Numbered from the stretch's first letter, positions 30,414-40,270 are shown. The stretch: 53,889 nt of DNA from Verrucomicrobiota bacterium (GCA_049510745.1 JBEKYR010000037.1:1-53889), one strand, 5' to 3'. Made by a program: numbers and translations. The notes: generated by a model not told the origin, from the sequence alone.

Positions 30414-30419
30414 GCTTGC

Positions 30420-31604
30420 GTGAGTTTTCTTCGTGAATTTGACGCGCTTCCGGTTGCGGACCTGCTCGGCAGCTCGCTCGACGCCGCCAGCGCCGAGGTC
30501 CGCGCGGCGCTGGGCAAGGCCCGCCTGCCGCTGGCCGATTTTGCCCGGCTCCTCTCGCCGGCGGCCGGCGATTGCCTGGAGGAATTGGGCCGCCGCTCGC
30601 AAGCGCTGACCCGCCGCCGTTTTGGCAAGGCCATCCGCCTCTTTGCGCCGCTCTATCTTTCCAACGAGTGCATCAACAATTGCAAGTACTGCGGCTTCTC
30701 ACGCGACAACGCGATCTTGCGCGTGACCCTGAGCGTCGAGGAAGTCCTGCGCGAAGCCCGCGCGCTCAAGGAACAGGGCTTCCGCAATATCCTGGTGGTT
30801 TCGGGCGAGCATCCCAAGTTCGTCTCCAACGCATACATGGCCGATTGCGTTCGCGCCCTGCACGCGGAAGTTCCGAGCGTCTCGCTGGAAATCGGCCCGA
30901 TGGAAACGGAGGAATACCGCCCGCTGGTCGAGGCTGGCGCCGACGGATTGGTCGTCTATCAGGAAACCTACGACCGCGGCCTCTACGCCGAGATGCACAC
31001 CTCCGGTCCGAAGCGCAATTTCGATTGGCGCCTGGAAACTCCCGAACGCGCTTACGCGGCGGGATTCCGCCGGCTGGGCATCGGCGCGTTGTACGGTTTC
31101 GGCGATTGGCGGCGCGAGGCGATTTGCCTGGCGGCGCACGCCGCCTATCTTTTGCGCCATTGCTGGAAGGCGCAGCTCACCGTGTCGCTGCCCCGCCTGC
31201 GCCCGTGCGCCGGCGAGTTCCAACCGTTGGCGCCCATGTCTGACCGCGATCTGACGCAGTTGGTGTGCGCGTTGCGCCTTTTCCTGCCCGATGCCGGGCT
31301 GGTCCTCTCGACGCGCGAGCCGGCCAGACTGCGCGACGGCCTGATTCCGCTGGGCATTACGATGATCAGCGCGGGCAGCCATACCGAACCGGGCGGGTAC
31401 ACCGGGGCGGGACGCGAGAAACTTCATCACACCGAGCGCGGTCGCATCGTCGATCTGGCGGCGGGCGCCAGCGAATGGGCCGGGAGCGCCACCGGCCAGT
31501 TTGACATTGCCGACGAACGTTCGCCCGGCGAGGTGGCCGCCTTGCTGCAACGCCTGGGGTACGAACCGGTCTGGAAAGACTGGGACGCCGCCCTGACCGC
31601 CTGA
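30420..31604 (+). CDS. thiH: 2-iminoacetate synthase (radical SAM)
   Basis: 'FAPLYLSNECINNCKYCGFS', 'YQETY', 'SLPRLRP', 'LSTRE', 'SAGS.TEPGGY', 'QFDIADERS'. Confidence 0.95.
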   Translation: MSFLREFDALPVADLLGSSLDAASAEVRAALGKARLPLADFARLLSPAAGDCLEELGRRSQALTRRRFGKAIRLFAPLYLSNECINNCKYCGFSRDNAILRVTLSVEEVLREARALKEQGFRNILVVSGEHPKFVSNAYMADCVRALHAEVPSVSLEIGPMETEEYRPLVEAGADGLVVYQETYDRGLYAEMHTSGPKRNFDWRLETPERAYAAGFRRLGIGALYGFGDWRREAICLAAHAAYLLRHCWKAQLTVSLPRLRPCAGEFQPLAPMSDRDLTQLVCALRLFLPDAGLVLSTREPARLRDGLIPLGITMISAGSHTEPGGYTGAGREKLHHTERGRIVDLAAGASEWAGSATGQFDIADERSPGEVAALLQRLGYEPVWKDWDAALTA

Positions 31605-32446
31605 TGCGCCCGTCGATTTCCAGAAGAGCCTTTTTGGCCTCGCTCGGCCTGGGCAGCGTGGCCTGGACGGGCTACGCCGGGTGCGTCGAGCCGACGTGGC
31701 TGGACATTGGGCGCCACGATGTCAAGACGAATGTTCCCGGAGGCGCGCCGGTCAAACTGCTGCACCTTTCCGATTTCCACGCCTCCTGGTGCGTCAGCCT
31801 CGAGTACATCGAGCAGGCCGTCGCCTGCGGCCTGCGGCTCAAGCCGGACCTGATCTGTGTCACGGGCGATTTCATCACGGGCACTTACGATGATTTTGAG
31901 GGCTACCGGCGGGTGCTCCAGCGCCTGGCGGCGGCCGCCCCGGCCTTCGCCTGCCTCGGCAATCACGACGGCGGGCTTTGGTCCCGCTACCATCATGGCT
32001 ACCACGACACCCATCGCGTCCGCCATTTGCTCGAGCAAAGCGGCCTGGAATTGCTGCACAACCGGTCCAGGACCATCAGCGTCCGCGGCCGGGCCATTTA
32101 TCTGGCCGGGGTGGGCGATTGTTACGCGGAGGAGGCCGAGCCGGAGCGAGCCTTTGCGGCCCCGGCGCCGCCCGGCGCGGCGCGCGTGGTGCTCTCGCAT
32201 AACCCGGATACCAAAGTCATGCTCCGGCCCTATCCGTGGGATTTGATGCTGTCCGGCCACACGCACGGGGGACAGTTTTGGCTGCCGCTGATCGGCGCGC
32301 CCTTCGCGCCGGTCGAGGACAAACGGTTTATCGCCGGGCTGTATCGCTGGGACAATCGCTGGCTGCACGTCACCAAAGGGGTGGGCAACGTGCATGGTTT
32401 GCGCTTCAATTGCCGCCCCGAAATCAGCCTGTTAACAGTAATTTAA
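31604..32446 (+). CDS. calcineurin-like metallophosphoesterase (YaeI/YkuE-like) with Tat-like signal
   Basis: 'SRRAFL'; 'LSDFH', 'TGDF', 'GNHD', 'SHNP', 'SGHTHGGQ'. Confidence 0.9.
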   Translation: MRPSISRRAFLASLGLGSVAWTGYAGCVEPTWLDIGRHDVKTNVPGGAPVKLLHLSDFHASWCVSLEYIEQAVACGLRLKPDLICVTGDFITGTYDDFEGYRRVLQRLAAAAPAFACLGNHDGGLWSRYHHGYHDTHRVRHLLEQSGLELLHNRSRTISVRGRAIYLAGVGDCYAEEAEPERAFAAPAPPGAARVVLSHNPDTKVMLRPYPWDLMLSGHTHGGQFWLPLIGAPFAPVEDKRFIAGLYRWDNRWLHVTKGVGNVHGLRFNCRPEISLLTVI

Positions 32447-32655
32447 TGGACGACCCTTTCGTCATCGCCAACGGCCAGAAGATCCCCGCGCCGGTGCCCT
32501 GCACCCTCGAGCAATTCCTGCTCGCCCGGCAGTTGCTCCCGCGCAGCGTGGTCATCGAACATAATGGCGAGGCCGTCGCGCCGAGCGAGTTTGCCTCGCG
32601 GCGCCTGGCCGGCGGCGACCGCCTGGAAATCGTCAAAATCGTGGCGGGCGGATGA
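32446..32655 (+). CDS. thiS: sulfur carrier protein
   Basis: 69 aa; 'ANG', 'VVIEHNGEAV', 'GDRLEIVKIVAGG' with C-terminal GG; TAATG overlap. Confidence 0.92.
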   Translation: MDDPFVIANGQKIPAPVPCTLEQFLLARQLLPRSVVIEHNGEAVAPSEFASRRLAGGDRLEIVKIVAGG

Positions 32656-33269
32656 ACCCGGATTTGGCGGCATTTATCGCGGCCGTTGCGGAGGAGGTCG
32701 TCTTTGGCCAGGTGCTAATCCGGCGGGCCGGGCGCGGATTTGAATTGCGCCACGTTGCGGACCGGCAGGGGGGCGCGGAAACCCTGCAGCGGCTCAAGGT
32801 GGAGGAACTTCGCGCCTGGGCGCAGTTGACGGAGCGCGGGGGCTTTCGACCGCTCAAGTCCGCTCCGGATCTTCGCCGCGGCTGGCGCGCCACCGCCGCG
32901 GACGCGCCCGCCTTGGGGCTGTGTCTGAATCATCTTTATCCCGGAGCGGTGGCGGACTGGTTTGCCGCGCAATCCGATTGCCCGCCGGTCACGTCCTACC
33001 GCGAGGTTGCCACGCGCCAGACCGGGATGTATCGGATTACGACGATGCTGAACGACCCGGCGGCCGGGGCGGTCATTTGCGCCTGTTGTCACCCGGATTC
33101 CTGCCTGAAGCGGCGGCTGTGGTCGGTGGAGGGGCTCCGACCGGATGCGCCCGCGGACAAGAGCATGATCCCGTGTCTGGAACCGTGCGTCATCCTGCTG
33201 GAATTCGCCCGGAAAGCGGCGCGCCGGCAGGAAAAGAACGGACTGGCGGTTACGCCCAGCGTGGGTTAA
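32652..33269 (+). CDS. DR2241-like protein (CbiX-associated, probable Fe-S)
   Basis: 'FRPLKSAPDLRRGW', 'LYPGAVADW', 'RQTGMYR', 'C.CC....CLKRRLW', 'IPCLEPC'. Confidence 0.7.
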   Translation: MNPDLAAFIAAVAEEVVFGQVLIRRAGRGFELRHVADRQGGAETLQRLKVEELRAWAQLTERGGFRPLKSAPDLRRGWRATAADAPALGLCLNHLYPGAVADWFAAQSDCPPVTSYREVATRQTGMYRITTMLNDPAAGAVICACCHPDSCLKRRLWSVEGLRPDAPADKSMIPCLEPCVILLEFARKAARRQEKNGLAVTPSVG

Positions 33270-33280
33270 ACTCAAGTTTT

Positions 33281-34408
33281 ATGCGAACTACTACTGCAAA
33301 CCGGATAACGACTGCGTTGAGCCTGGCCACGCTGGTGCTGGCGGCAGGGCCGCAACCCCTGGCCGCGGCGCCCAACGACGCGCAAACTAATTTGCTCTCG
33401 CACGCGCTGCAAGCCACGGACGCGGAGGCGGCTTGGAGCGAACTCCAGCAGTCCTCACACCAGCCCTCATTTCCCGCCGAGTGGCAGACCGCTGCGCCAT
33501 CCAGAGAGGAACAGGCAAAGTTTTTCGTCCCATACGTTTTGGCCCTGGAGGACCGGACGAAGGATTTTTACACCAGATTTCCGAAGGACAGCCACGCCCT
33601 GGACGCCAAACTGGAGGAATTCGAGGTCACCTCGGTGGGGGTCCAACTGGGCGCAACCAATCAACAGGCCCGCTTGGACGGGGTGGAAAAATTATTGTTG
33701 AGCGATCCCAACCTCACCGAGAAACAACGGTTCAACCTCCGCCAAAATGATGTCGAGCGGGCCGCCCAAGCCAGGGAATCCGATGGCGAAGCCGCGGTTC
33801 TGGCCGAATACGAAAAGGGCATCCGTGTCTTGCAGAAGGAATTTCCCAAGCAGCCGGAAGTCCTGAAAATGCTCCTGGCCGTTGCCACCAGCAGCGAAGG
33901 GGACAAGGCCCGCGCGCTCTTGACGGAGATTTCCATTAGCGCCGCTTCCGACCAAGTAAAAGCATCCGCCACCAACCAGTTGAAAAAGCTGGACGCCGTC
34001 GGCAAGCCGGTGGCGCTGCAATTCACCGCCGTCGATGGACGCGAGGTCGATTTGGCGAAAATGAAAGGGAAAGTCGTGCTGCTTGATTTTTGGGCGACCT
34101 GGTGCGGCCCGTGCGTGGGAGAAGTCCCCCACGTTGTGGCCGCCTACGACAGACTTCATCCCAAGGGCTTGGAAATTGTCGGCATCAGCCTGGACCGCGA
34201 GAAGGACAGCCTGACGAAATTTGTGGCCGAGCGCAAAATGGAGTGGCCGCAGTTTTTCGACGGCCAGTTCTGGCAGAACAAATACGCCCGGCAATTCGGC
34301 ATCGAGAGCATCCCCGCCATGTGGCTGATTGACAAGCAAGGGAACCTGCGCGACCTGAACGCGCGCTCCGACCTGAGCGGGAAGGTGGAGAAACTGCTGG
34401 CCGAATAA
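33281..34408 (+). CDS. TlpA-like thiol-disulfide oxidoreductase, exported
   Basis: signal peptide; 'KGKVVLLDFWATWCGPC', 'GISLD', 'IPAMWLIDK.G'. Confidence 0.9.
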   Translation: MRTTTANRITTALSLATLVLAAGPQPLAAAPNDAQTNLLSHALQATDAEAAWSELQQSSHQPSFPAEWQTAAPSREEQAKFFVPYVLALEDRTKDFYTRFPKDSHALDAKLEEFEVTSVGVQLGATNQQARLDGVEKLLLSDPNLTEKQRFNLRQNDVERAAQARESDGEAAVLAEYEKGIRVLQKEFPKQPEVLKMLLAVATSSEGDKARALLTEISISAASDQVKASATNQLKKLDAVGKPVALQFTAVDGREVDLAKMKGKVVLLDFWATWCGPCVGEVPHVVAAYDRLHPKGLEIVGISLDREKDSLTKFVAERKMEWPQFFDGQFWQNKYARQFGIESIPAMWLIDKQGNLRDLNARSDLSGKVEKLLAE

Positions 34409-34420
34409 GCGGCGCGCCCC

Positions 34421-34837
34421 ATGGATTTCCTGCACCATCCGCTTTGGTATAACGGCAAGTTTCTCGGCATCGAGTGGACGGTGTGGAAGGTGATCGGCTG
34501 GATGGGGAACGCGGTTTTCTTCTCCCGCTTTTTCGTCCAGTGGTATGCGACCGAGAAGCGCAGGCAAGTGGTCGTGCCGGCGTTATTCTGGTGGTTGAGC
34601 CTGGCCGGGTCGCTCATATTATTTGCCTACGCCTTGTTCCACACACACGACTCGGTCTTCATCTTTGCCTACGCTTTTACGTGGATTCCCTACATCCGCA
34701 ACCTGATGATCCATCATCGGCACGAGCGGGCGCAGCGGACGTGCCCGGACTGCGGCGCAGTCTCGCCCGGCGCGGCCAATTACTGCGGCCAATGCGGCGC
34801 GCGGCTCTCGCAACCGGCTCCAGTCTCAACCGCATGA
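34421..34837 (+). CDS. lipid-A-disaccharide synthase N-terminal (LAB_N) domain protein with zinc ribbon
   Basis: 'F.SRF.VQW..TEK....VVP..FWWLSL.GS', 'YIRNL'; CPDC...CGQC. Confidence 0.85.
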   Translation: MDFLHHPLWYNGKFLGIEWTVWKVIGWMGNAVFFSRFFVQWYATEKRRQVVVPALFWWLSLAGSLILFAYALFHTHDSVFIFAYAFTWIPYIRNLMIHHRHERAQRTCPDCGAVSPGAANYCGQCGARLSQPAPVSTA

Positions 34838-34945
34838 GCGACAAGGGTGGTGAGCGCCGTAATGGTCGCCGCCAGTGGAATTTTCAGTAAAACGGGGGCG
34901 GAGAAACTTACCCTGTTTCACCCTTGCTCATCTTTCGGCGCCGGG

Positions 34946-35281
34946 TCAAGCGCGGGGATTGACCGTCGGTGTGCTCTCGGACCGACTTGAGCGCGCTTCG
35001 AGCCACCGTTCGAAGGATTTTGAGCCTTCGCCAGACGCTTTGCCTGCGAGGATGTTTTCCACGCTGATATCCTCGTCCAAATCAGGCCAGTGAATTCCTT
35101 CACCTTCGCCGATAAACCTGTGGTTGGCGCGTTCATCCGGGGAACCCTGCAACAAGCGGGGATACCAAGCCAGCGGGACAGAAACCGTGCGGCCATCGGC
35201 CAAATCAACCACCAAGGTGTCCTCAGTCAATCGGACTGCCGTCGCTCTGCTGGCTGCGCTGTCAATCACCAAAGTAGTCAT
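34946..35281 (-). CDS. DUF2442 domain protein (antitoxin-like)
   Basis: 'LVVDLADGRTVSVPLAWYPRL', 'GIHWPDLDEDISV'. Confidence 0.9.
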   Translation of the reverse strand: MTTLVIDSAASRATAVRLTEDTLVVDLADGRTVSVPLAWYPRLLQGSPDERANHRFIGEGEGIHWPDLDEDISVENILAGKASGEGSKSFERWLEARSSRSESTPTVNPRA

Positions 35282-35365
35282 GCCATTTTTCCAAGAGTAC
35301 CACTTGTTGCTTTGAAATCAACCTGTTGCAGATGTTTAAGGCGGATGCCCAACTGCAAGCGCTCC
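35262..35365 (-). pseudogene. C-terminal remnant of a DUF4160 gene
   Basis: '...NRLISKQQVVLLEKWHDYFGD*' overlaps the DUF2442 start, as in intact DUF4160-DUF2442 pairs; no N-terminal 'EPPHVH' region. Confidence 0.6.
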
Positions 35366-35391
35366 TCGTATCCGAATCGGGGACGCGGTTC

Positions 35392-38300
35392 CTATCGATC
35401 CAGCGGCTGGAGGCCGATGGTGCCTTTGAGGCCGGCCAGGTAGGCGGGTGATTTGACCTCGTCCCAGGTCCGCCGGGCCAGATCCAGCTTCGCCGGGATG
35501 CCGAGGCGGGCGGCTTCTTCGGCATAGTTTTTCTTTTTCAGGAAGTTTTCGAGATAGGCGACGTGTTTGTGCCACAACTGAATGTCGTGACGCTGCTTGG
35601 CGGCCAGGCGCTCGGCGTACCAATCGCTGGCCAGGACGCTCTGCCGAGTGAAAAGCGCGCGGAATTCGGGATGATTGACGTCGCGGCCTTCGTGCTGGCC
35701 GTGCGCCATGATGTGCAGCAAGGCCCGCAACGGCGGGCAGGCCAGGGCGACACTGCCGTCGGCGAAGTAGCTCTGAGCCACGCGCTGATGCGTGCCGACG
35801 ATGTTGTCCACGCCGTCGGCGAAGACCGCCATGTCCTGCGTTTCGGGCCGCAGCATCTCGCTGGTAAAGACGGCGTGAGGATAATTGAAGACGCGGCCGA
35901 AGAAGGTGCGGACGAAACTGGCGGTCATGCGATAGCCGAGCCTGCTGGCCAGGACAATGCGGCCGTTGAACTCGAAATCTTTGCACGGCTCGAGGAAGCC
36001 GTTTTCGATCAAGAAAGCGGGCAGGCGTTCCTCCGGCCGCATGCGGCACCAGACTTCGGGAATGAGCAGGCTGATGTCGTGATCGACCCGCACCTTGGGC
36101 CCGATGTGGCCCGCCGCCGAAACAAAGGCGTCGTAGCCGGTGAGGGCAAAGGAGACGAAAGCGGCGTTCAAGTCGATAATGGGCGGCAGGGCGTTAAAAG
36201 GCCCCTTGGTCAGGGCGCCTTCCGAGCCGGCGCCGGTGGTGGAAGGGGACTTGCCGGTCATGCTGGAAATAAACTCCATGAACAGCTCGGGCAATTCCAG
36301 GTAGTGAACGGGATTGAAGACGGCCAGCGGGCGAAGGTGCGCGACCGGATCGGGCGGATGGTTGCGCCGGCCCGGCATGACGGCGTTGACGGGAGTATAG
36401 ACCGGGGTTTCCAGCGAAATGCGCCGTTGCAGCCGCGTGGCCATTTCGGCGGCATAGACTTCGCGCGGGTGGGCCAGGTCGGGCCGTTTTTGAAGGTAGC
36501 GCGGGTTTTTGGACGGGTGGCCCTCGACCAGGCGCGGATGAGCCGAGGAGACGAAGTAAGCCGGGCCGTCGTGGTTGCGCGCCGCCTCCAGGATAAGATG
36601 GCGCATCGGCTCGGTGTAGGTTTCGAAGCCGATGGAGTCCTCGACCAGCTCGCGCGCATCTTGGGCGGTGAGCGGCTGGAAGTTCGAGAGAAAATTGCCC
36701 GGCTCGGACAGGTCCTGTTCCGTCTGCTTGTCATAGCCGCGATGGATCGCCTCGTCCGGGCGTTGAAAGAGGCGGGCTTCCGTGTTGTAAACAAATTTGA
36801 CGGAGGGATTGGCGTACTCCGGGTTCAGATGCGGGAGCCGTTCGGCGGGCACGACGACCGACGCCGAGATGTCATCCTCGGTCTGCAGTTTGGCGGCGGG
36901 ATGAAAATCCTTTCGCAGTCCGAAGACGCGCCAGGAGCCGTCGGTGTCGTAGCCGACACGAAGGAAATTGGAGACCAGTTTGCGGTTGTCGCACTTCAAT
37001 TCGTTGCCGGGGGTGCCGTTGATGATGTCCACGCTGAAGTGATCGCGCCAATTTGTGTCCCAGGCTGGTTTGTAGAAGCGCTTGACGACAAAGAGCAGTT
37101 CCAGGAGGTACTGGGGAATGGAACCGAGCCACTGGTTGAACGCATCCGAGTAGTCGCGCTCCGACGGGGTGAACAGTTTGATGACCGATCCGAGGGAACG
37201 TTCCGAGCTGAGAATGGGGCGGGTGTCGCTCCCGGCTTTGGCCGGGTCCCGAAAACGGTTCGAGTAATCGCGGGCCAGAAGTTCCTCGATCAGGTCGAAG
37301 TCCTTTTTGAAATCGGCCGTGAAGACCGGGCCGTGGATGATGGCGTTGCTGATCGACTTGGAGATCTCGGATTTGCCGCCGCCGGAAACGGTGCTGGGCT
37401 TGTGGCAGAAAGTCGGTTCGGCCACCGTGCCGATCAGACGCCAGGAGCGGTTGGCGGAGGGCTTCTCCATGTGGACGCGGTAACCGGAAGGACGAATGTA
37501 AATTTTGTCCGCGAGAAACTTGATGGAGATCTCCCCCAAATCGCCCGGCCAGGTGATGGTTTGCTTGCGCAGATCAAAATGAACGTCGCGCGGCACGTAA
37601 ATGATGTCGGGATAGCGCTTGTCAATGGCATAGCCCGCGGGCTGCAATTCCATGGCCGCGCCCGCCAGGGACAGGACCTCCTCGAAGGAATGGCCCCTGT
37701 AACGGACGTGTTTGTCGGTGTGAAATTCCTCGCCCAGATCGTAGCTGGCGTAAACGAGCGCGCCGCCGGCGTGTTCCTCCTCGCAGAGGCCGTAGAGGTT
37801 GGCGGCATAACTGATCTGCGTCTTGACCTCTTTCTTGCAATAACCGTAATAGTTGTCGGCAATGAGGGTGACGATGACGCCGCGCTCGTCGCGCGCCGTG
37901 ATCTTGAAGGCGCCGCCGTCGTTGTAACATTCCTTCTCGTCCTTCCAACACATGCCGTCGCGGCGCTGGCGCTCGGTGGCGGCGTCCCAATGCGGCAGGC
38001 CGAGGGATTTTTTGGCCGCTTTGACCAGATGCGGCGCCAGGATGACGCAACCGGTGTGGCCGGTCCAGTGTTCGACATCTAGGGCGGCGTCGTTTTCCGG
38101 CAGGAACGGGTCGCCCGCGTTGCCGAAGATCATTTCGACAAAGTCCAGGTTGCTGACCAGGTTGCCGGGAGCGAAAAACCGGATTTCCATCGATTTTTGC
38201 CCGATAAAACCCGCCACCGCGGGGCAAACCACCGGCCGCAGCAGCAGGGAAACAAAACATTCCGCCTGCGCCTCCTGGGTGGAGGTGAAGGGCAGGCGCA

Positions 38301-38841
38301 ATAATTCCGGCGGCGGTTGAAAGGCCAGATTGAGGAGCCGTCCGAACACGATCTTGGGCACGGCCTTTTTGTCGTCGGGAATCGGCAAGCCTCCTTCGGC
38401 GACGTGAAAGACGCCCTGGGTGGTGCGGCGGTCATTGGCGGGATTGTGCAGCACCCCCTGGCGCAGGCGATAGGAGCGGACGATGTCGGAAACGAATTCA
38501 TCCCGATCCGGCGGCAGCGACAAGGCGCGGGCCAGGCCAGGCCCGTCCAAAACGAAGGTGCGGGAGGGCCAGCGGACGGTTAACCCGGTGTCATAGAGGT
38601 ATTCGCGCAGAAAATGGTCGATGCGCCAATCGGCCGGGCAGAGGTAATCGGCCAGCAGGCGCATGGTTTCCTTCTGGCGGGAAAACATGGGCGCGGCCAA
38701 ACCGGGCAGGGAACTGATGGCGCCGTTGCCGAAGGTGGGGCAGCCGGTCATGGCGAGGCGCAAATTGATGCCTTCGATCAGGGTTGTATCCGGCCGGCCC
38801 TGTTGGGCGGTCCCGGCGCTTGAGGAAATATCCGACATCAT
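35392..38841 (-). CDS. PPi-dependent phosphoenolpyruvate carboxykinase (PEP carboxytransphosphorylase type)
   Basis: about 1150 aa; 'GVLHNP..DRRTTQGVFHV', 'NYYGYCKKEVKTQISY.ANL.G..EEEHAGGA', 'CHKPSTVSGGGKSEISK', 'GKSPSTTGAGSEGALTKGPFN'. Confidence 0.85.
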   Translation of the reverse strand: MMSDISSSAGTAQQGRPDTTLIEGINLRLAMTGCPTFGNGAISSLPGLAAPMFSRQKETMRLLADYLCPADWRIDHFLREYLYDTGLTVRWPSRTFVLDGPGLARALSLPPDRDEFVSDIVRSYRLRQGVLHNPANDRRTTQGVFHVAEGGLPIPDDKKAVPKIVFGRLLNLAFQPPPELLRLPFTSTQEAQAECFVSLLLRPVVCPAVAGFIGQKSMEIRFFAPGNLVSNLDFVEMIFGNAGDPFLPENDAALDVEHWTGHTGCVILAPHLVKAAKKSLGLPHWDAATERQRRDGMCWKDEKECYNDGGAFKITARDERGVIVTLIADNYYGYCKKEVKTQISYAANLYGLCEEEHAGGALVYASYDLGEEFHTDKHVRYRGHSFEEVLSLAGAAMELQPAGYAIDKRYPDIIYVPRDVHFDLRKQTITWPGDLGEISIKFLADKIYIRPSGYRVHMEKPSANRSWRLIGTVAEPTFCHKPSTVSGGGKSEISKSISNAIIHGPVFTADFKKDFDLIEELLARDYSNRFRDPAKAGSDTRPILSSERSLGSVIKLFTPSERDYSDAFNQWLGSIPQYLLELLFVVKRFYKPAWDTNWRDHFSVDIINGTPGNELKCDNRKLVSNFLRVGYDTDGSWRVFGLRKDFHPAAKLQTEDDISASVVVPAERLPHLNPEYANPSVKFVYNTEARLFQRPDEAIHRGYDKQTEQDLSEPGNFLSNFQPLTAQDARELVEDSIGFETYTEPMRHLILEAARNHDGPAYFVSSAHPRLVEGHPSKNPRYLQKRPDLAHPREVYAAEMATRLQRRISLETPVYTPVNAVMPGRRNHPPDPVAHLRPLAVFNPVHYLELPELFMEFISSMTGKSPSTTGAGSEGALTKGPFNALPPIIDLNAAFVSFALTGYDAFVSAAGHIGPKVRVDHDISLLIPEVWCRMRPEERLPAFLIENGFLEPCKDFEFNGRIVLASRLGYRMTASFVRTFFGRVFNYPHAVFTSEMLRPETQDMAVFADGVDNIVGTHQRVAQSYFADGSVALACPPLRALLHIMAHGQHEGRDVNHPEFRALFTRQSVLASDWYAERLAAKQRHDIQLWHKHVAYLENFLKKKNYAEEAARLGIPAKLDLARRTWDEVKSPAYLAGLKGTIGLQPLDR

Positions 38842-38943
38842 GCCGGGCCGGAATGGTGGGGGCAACCCGCGAAGTTGGCAACAACGGATTCCGCACCGGT
38901 CACCTGCCGTTTTTCGTCTGTCTTTTCCGCGGCGGGGCGCGTT

Positions 38944-39546
38944 TCAGAGCACCGCCATCGCGGGACTGGGCCGGGTCTTGGGCTGGACATTCGGGATGGC
39001 GGGACCGGTCGCCTGTTTGAATTGGACCTTGGAGCGCAGCAGCAAGGTTCCCAGAAACAAGTCGGCCAGGGGACACACGACGTTGAAATTCTTGTTCATG
39101 TAGCGATGGTGCAGCAGGTGATGGCCGTTGAGGCGGAAGAAAATGCCCGAGCGCTCGACGTAGCGTTTTTTGGGCAGGTGCATGCACCAGTGCATGTACT
39201 CGTAGGCGGCATAATAAAAAACGCAGGCGATGGCCGCCCCGCACGCCAGGCCCCATTTGCGCGAGAGAAAGGCAATGACCACGAAGGGCGAGACGCTGAG
39301 CGCAATCAACACCGGGCCGTTCCACCACGCCATCGGGATCGTTTCCTTGTCGTGTTCGTCGATCACATGATAGGTCTGGTCGGCTTTGAAAATCCGGTGA
39401 TGGATCAGGGCATGGCGTTCATAGGGGTAGCGGAAGCGCCCCAGTGGACGGTGCATCAGATAGCGGTGCAGCGTCCATTCAAAGAAGGAGGCAAACAGAC
39501 AGCCGCCGCAGATGCCGAGGGCCGTCCAGAAAACAAAAGTAATCAT
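38944..39546 (-). CDS. fatty acid hydroxylase/sterol desaturase family protein
   Basis: His boxes 'EWTLHRYLMH', 'HALIHH', 'YEYMHWCMH', 'HHLLHH', and 'NFNV'. Confidence 0.85.
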   Translation of the reverse strand: MITFVFWTALGICGGCLFASFFEWTLHRYLMHRPLGRFRYPYERHALIHHRIFKADQTYHVIDEHDKETIPMAWWNGPVLIALSVSPFVVIAFLSRKWGLACGAAIACVFYYAAYEYMHWCMHLPKKRYVERSGIFFRLNGHHLLHHRYMNKNFNVVCPLADLFLGTLLLRSKVQFKQATGPAIPNVQPKTRPSPAMAVL

Positions 39547-39549
39547 AAA

Positions 39550-39870
39550 TCACCGGGAATAAGGCCGGCGCGAGCCGCCGCCGCCACCGCCGTAACCGCC
39601 GCCGGAGCGGGGCGGCCGCTCTTCGCGGGGCCGGGCTTCATTGACGGTCAAGGCGCGGCCGTCGAGTTGTTTGCCGTTCATGCCTTGGATCGCCTTGTCG
39701 GCTTCTTCCTTGCTGGACATGCTGACGAAGGCAAAGCCGCGCGGGCGGTTGGTAACGCGGTCCAGCATCAGATTGACTTCGGTGACCGTGCCGAAGGCGG
39801 CAAAGGCGTCCTGAAGATCGTTCTCGGTGACGTTGAAGGAAAGATTTCCCACAAACAGTTTCGTGCTCAT
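39550..39870 (-). CDS. RRM RNA-binding protein with Gly-rich tail
   Basis: RNP2 'LFVGNL', RNP1 'RGFAFV', 'LTVNEARPRE'. Confidence 0.95.
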   Translation of the reverse strand: MSTKLFVGNLSFNVTENDLQDAFAAFGTVTEVNLMLDRVTNRPRGFAFVSMSSKEEADKAIQGMNGKQLDGRALTVNEARPREERPPRSGGGYGGGGGGSRRPYSR

Positions 39871-40270
39871 TTTTAGCTGACTTTCGTTGTCGCGGATCCT
39901 TCATCTCCCGCAGTTCCCGGCCAACCGGTCTCAATTCATCGACGAAGGCGCCTTCGCCTGAAACAAAACGATGCGGTGAGATGGATCAATCGCGCGGAGA
40001 GCATGGCAGGGTTTGCGCCAAACACAACAGTAATCTTTTGGCGGATTTTGATGTCTTCATTTTGTTCAAAAAGGGGGAGTGGAAGTGGAGCGAAATTCAC
40101 CGTCACCAGTCCATGGTGCGAGAGGGAGCCGCGATTCCTTGAGGCCGACCGGTCTTCGGCGTCTTACGCTCCCAAAACCTTCTTGCCGCTGCCGTCGGCT
40201 CGTGTAAACTTCCCGGCATCATCAGTTTCCGAGTGTGTTCGGACCCGGTGGGTTGGCGGCTAATTCCAGC

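Noticed and set aside
30293..30419. TPP riboswitch upstream of thiH
   Set aside because: No CTGAGA core and no room; the promoter abuts the start codon
35563..38082. Long antisense ORFs (839 aa here; also 9412-11007, 22409-24334, 44117-46093)
   Set aside because: Shadow frames of high-GC genes with clear family motifs on the opposite strand
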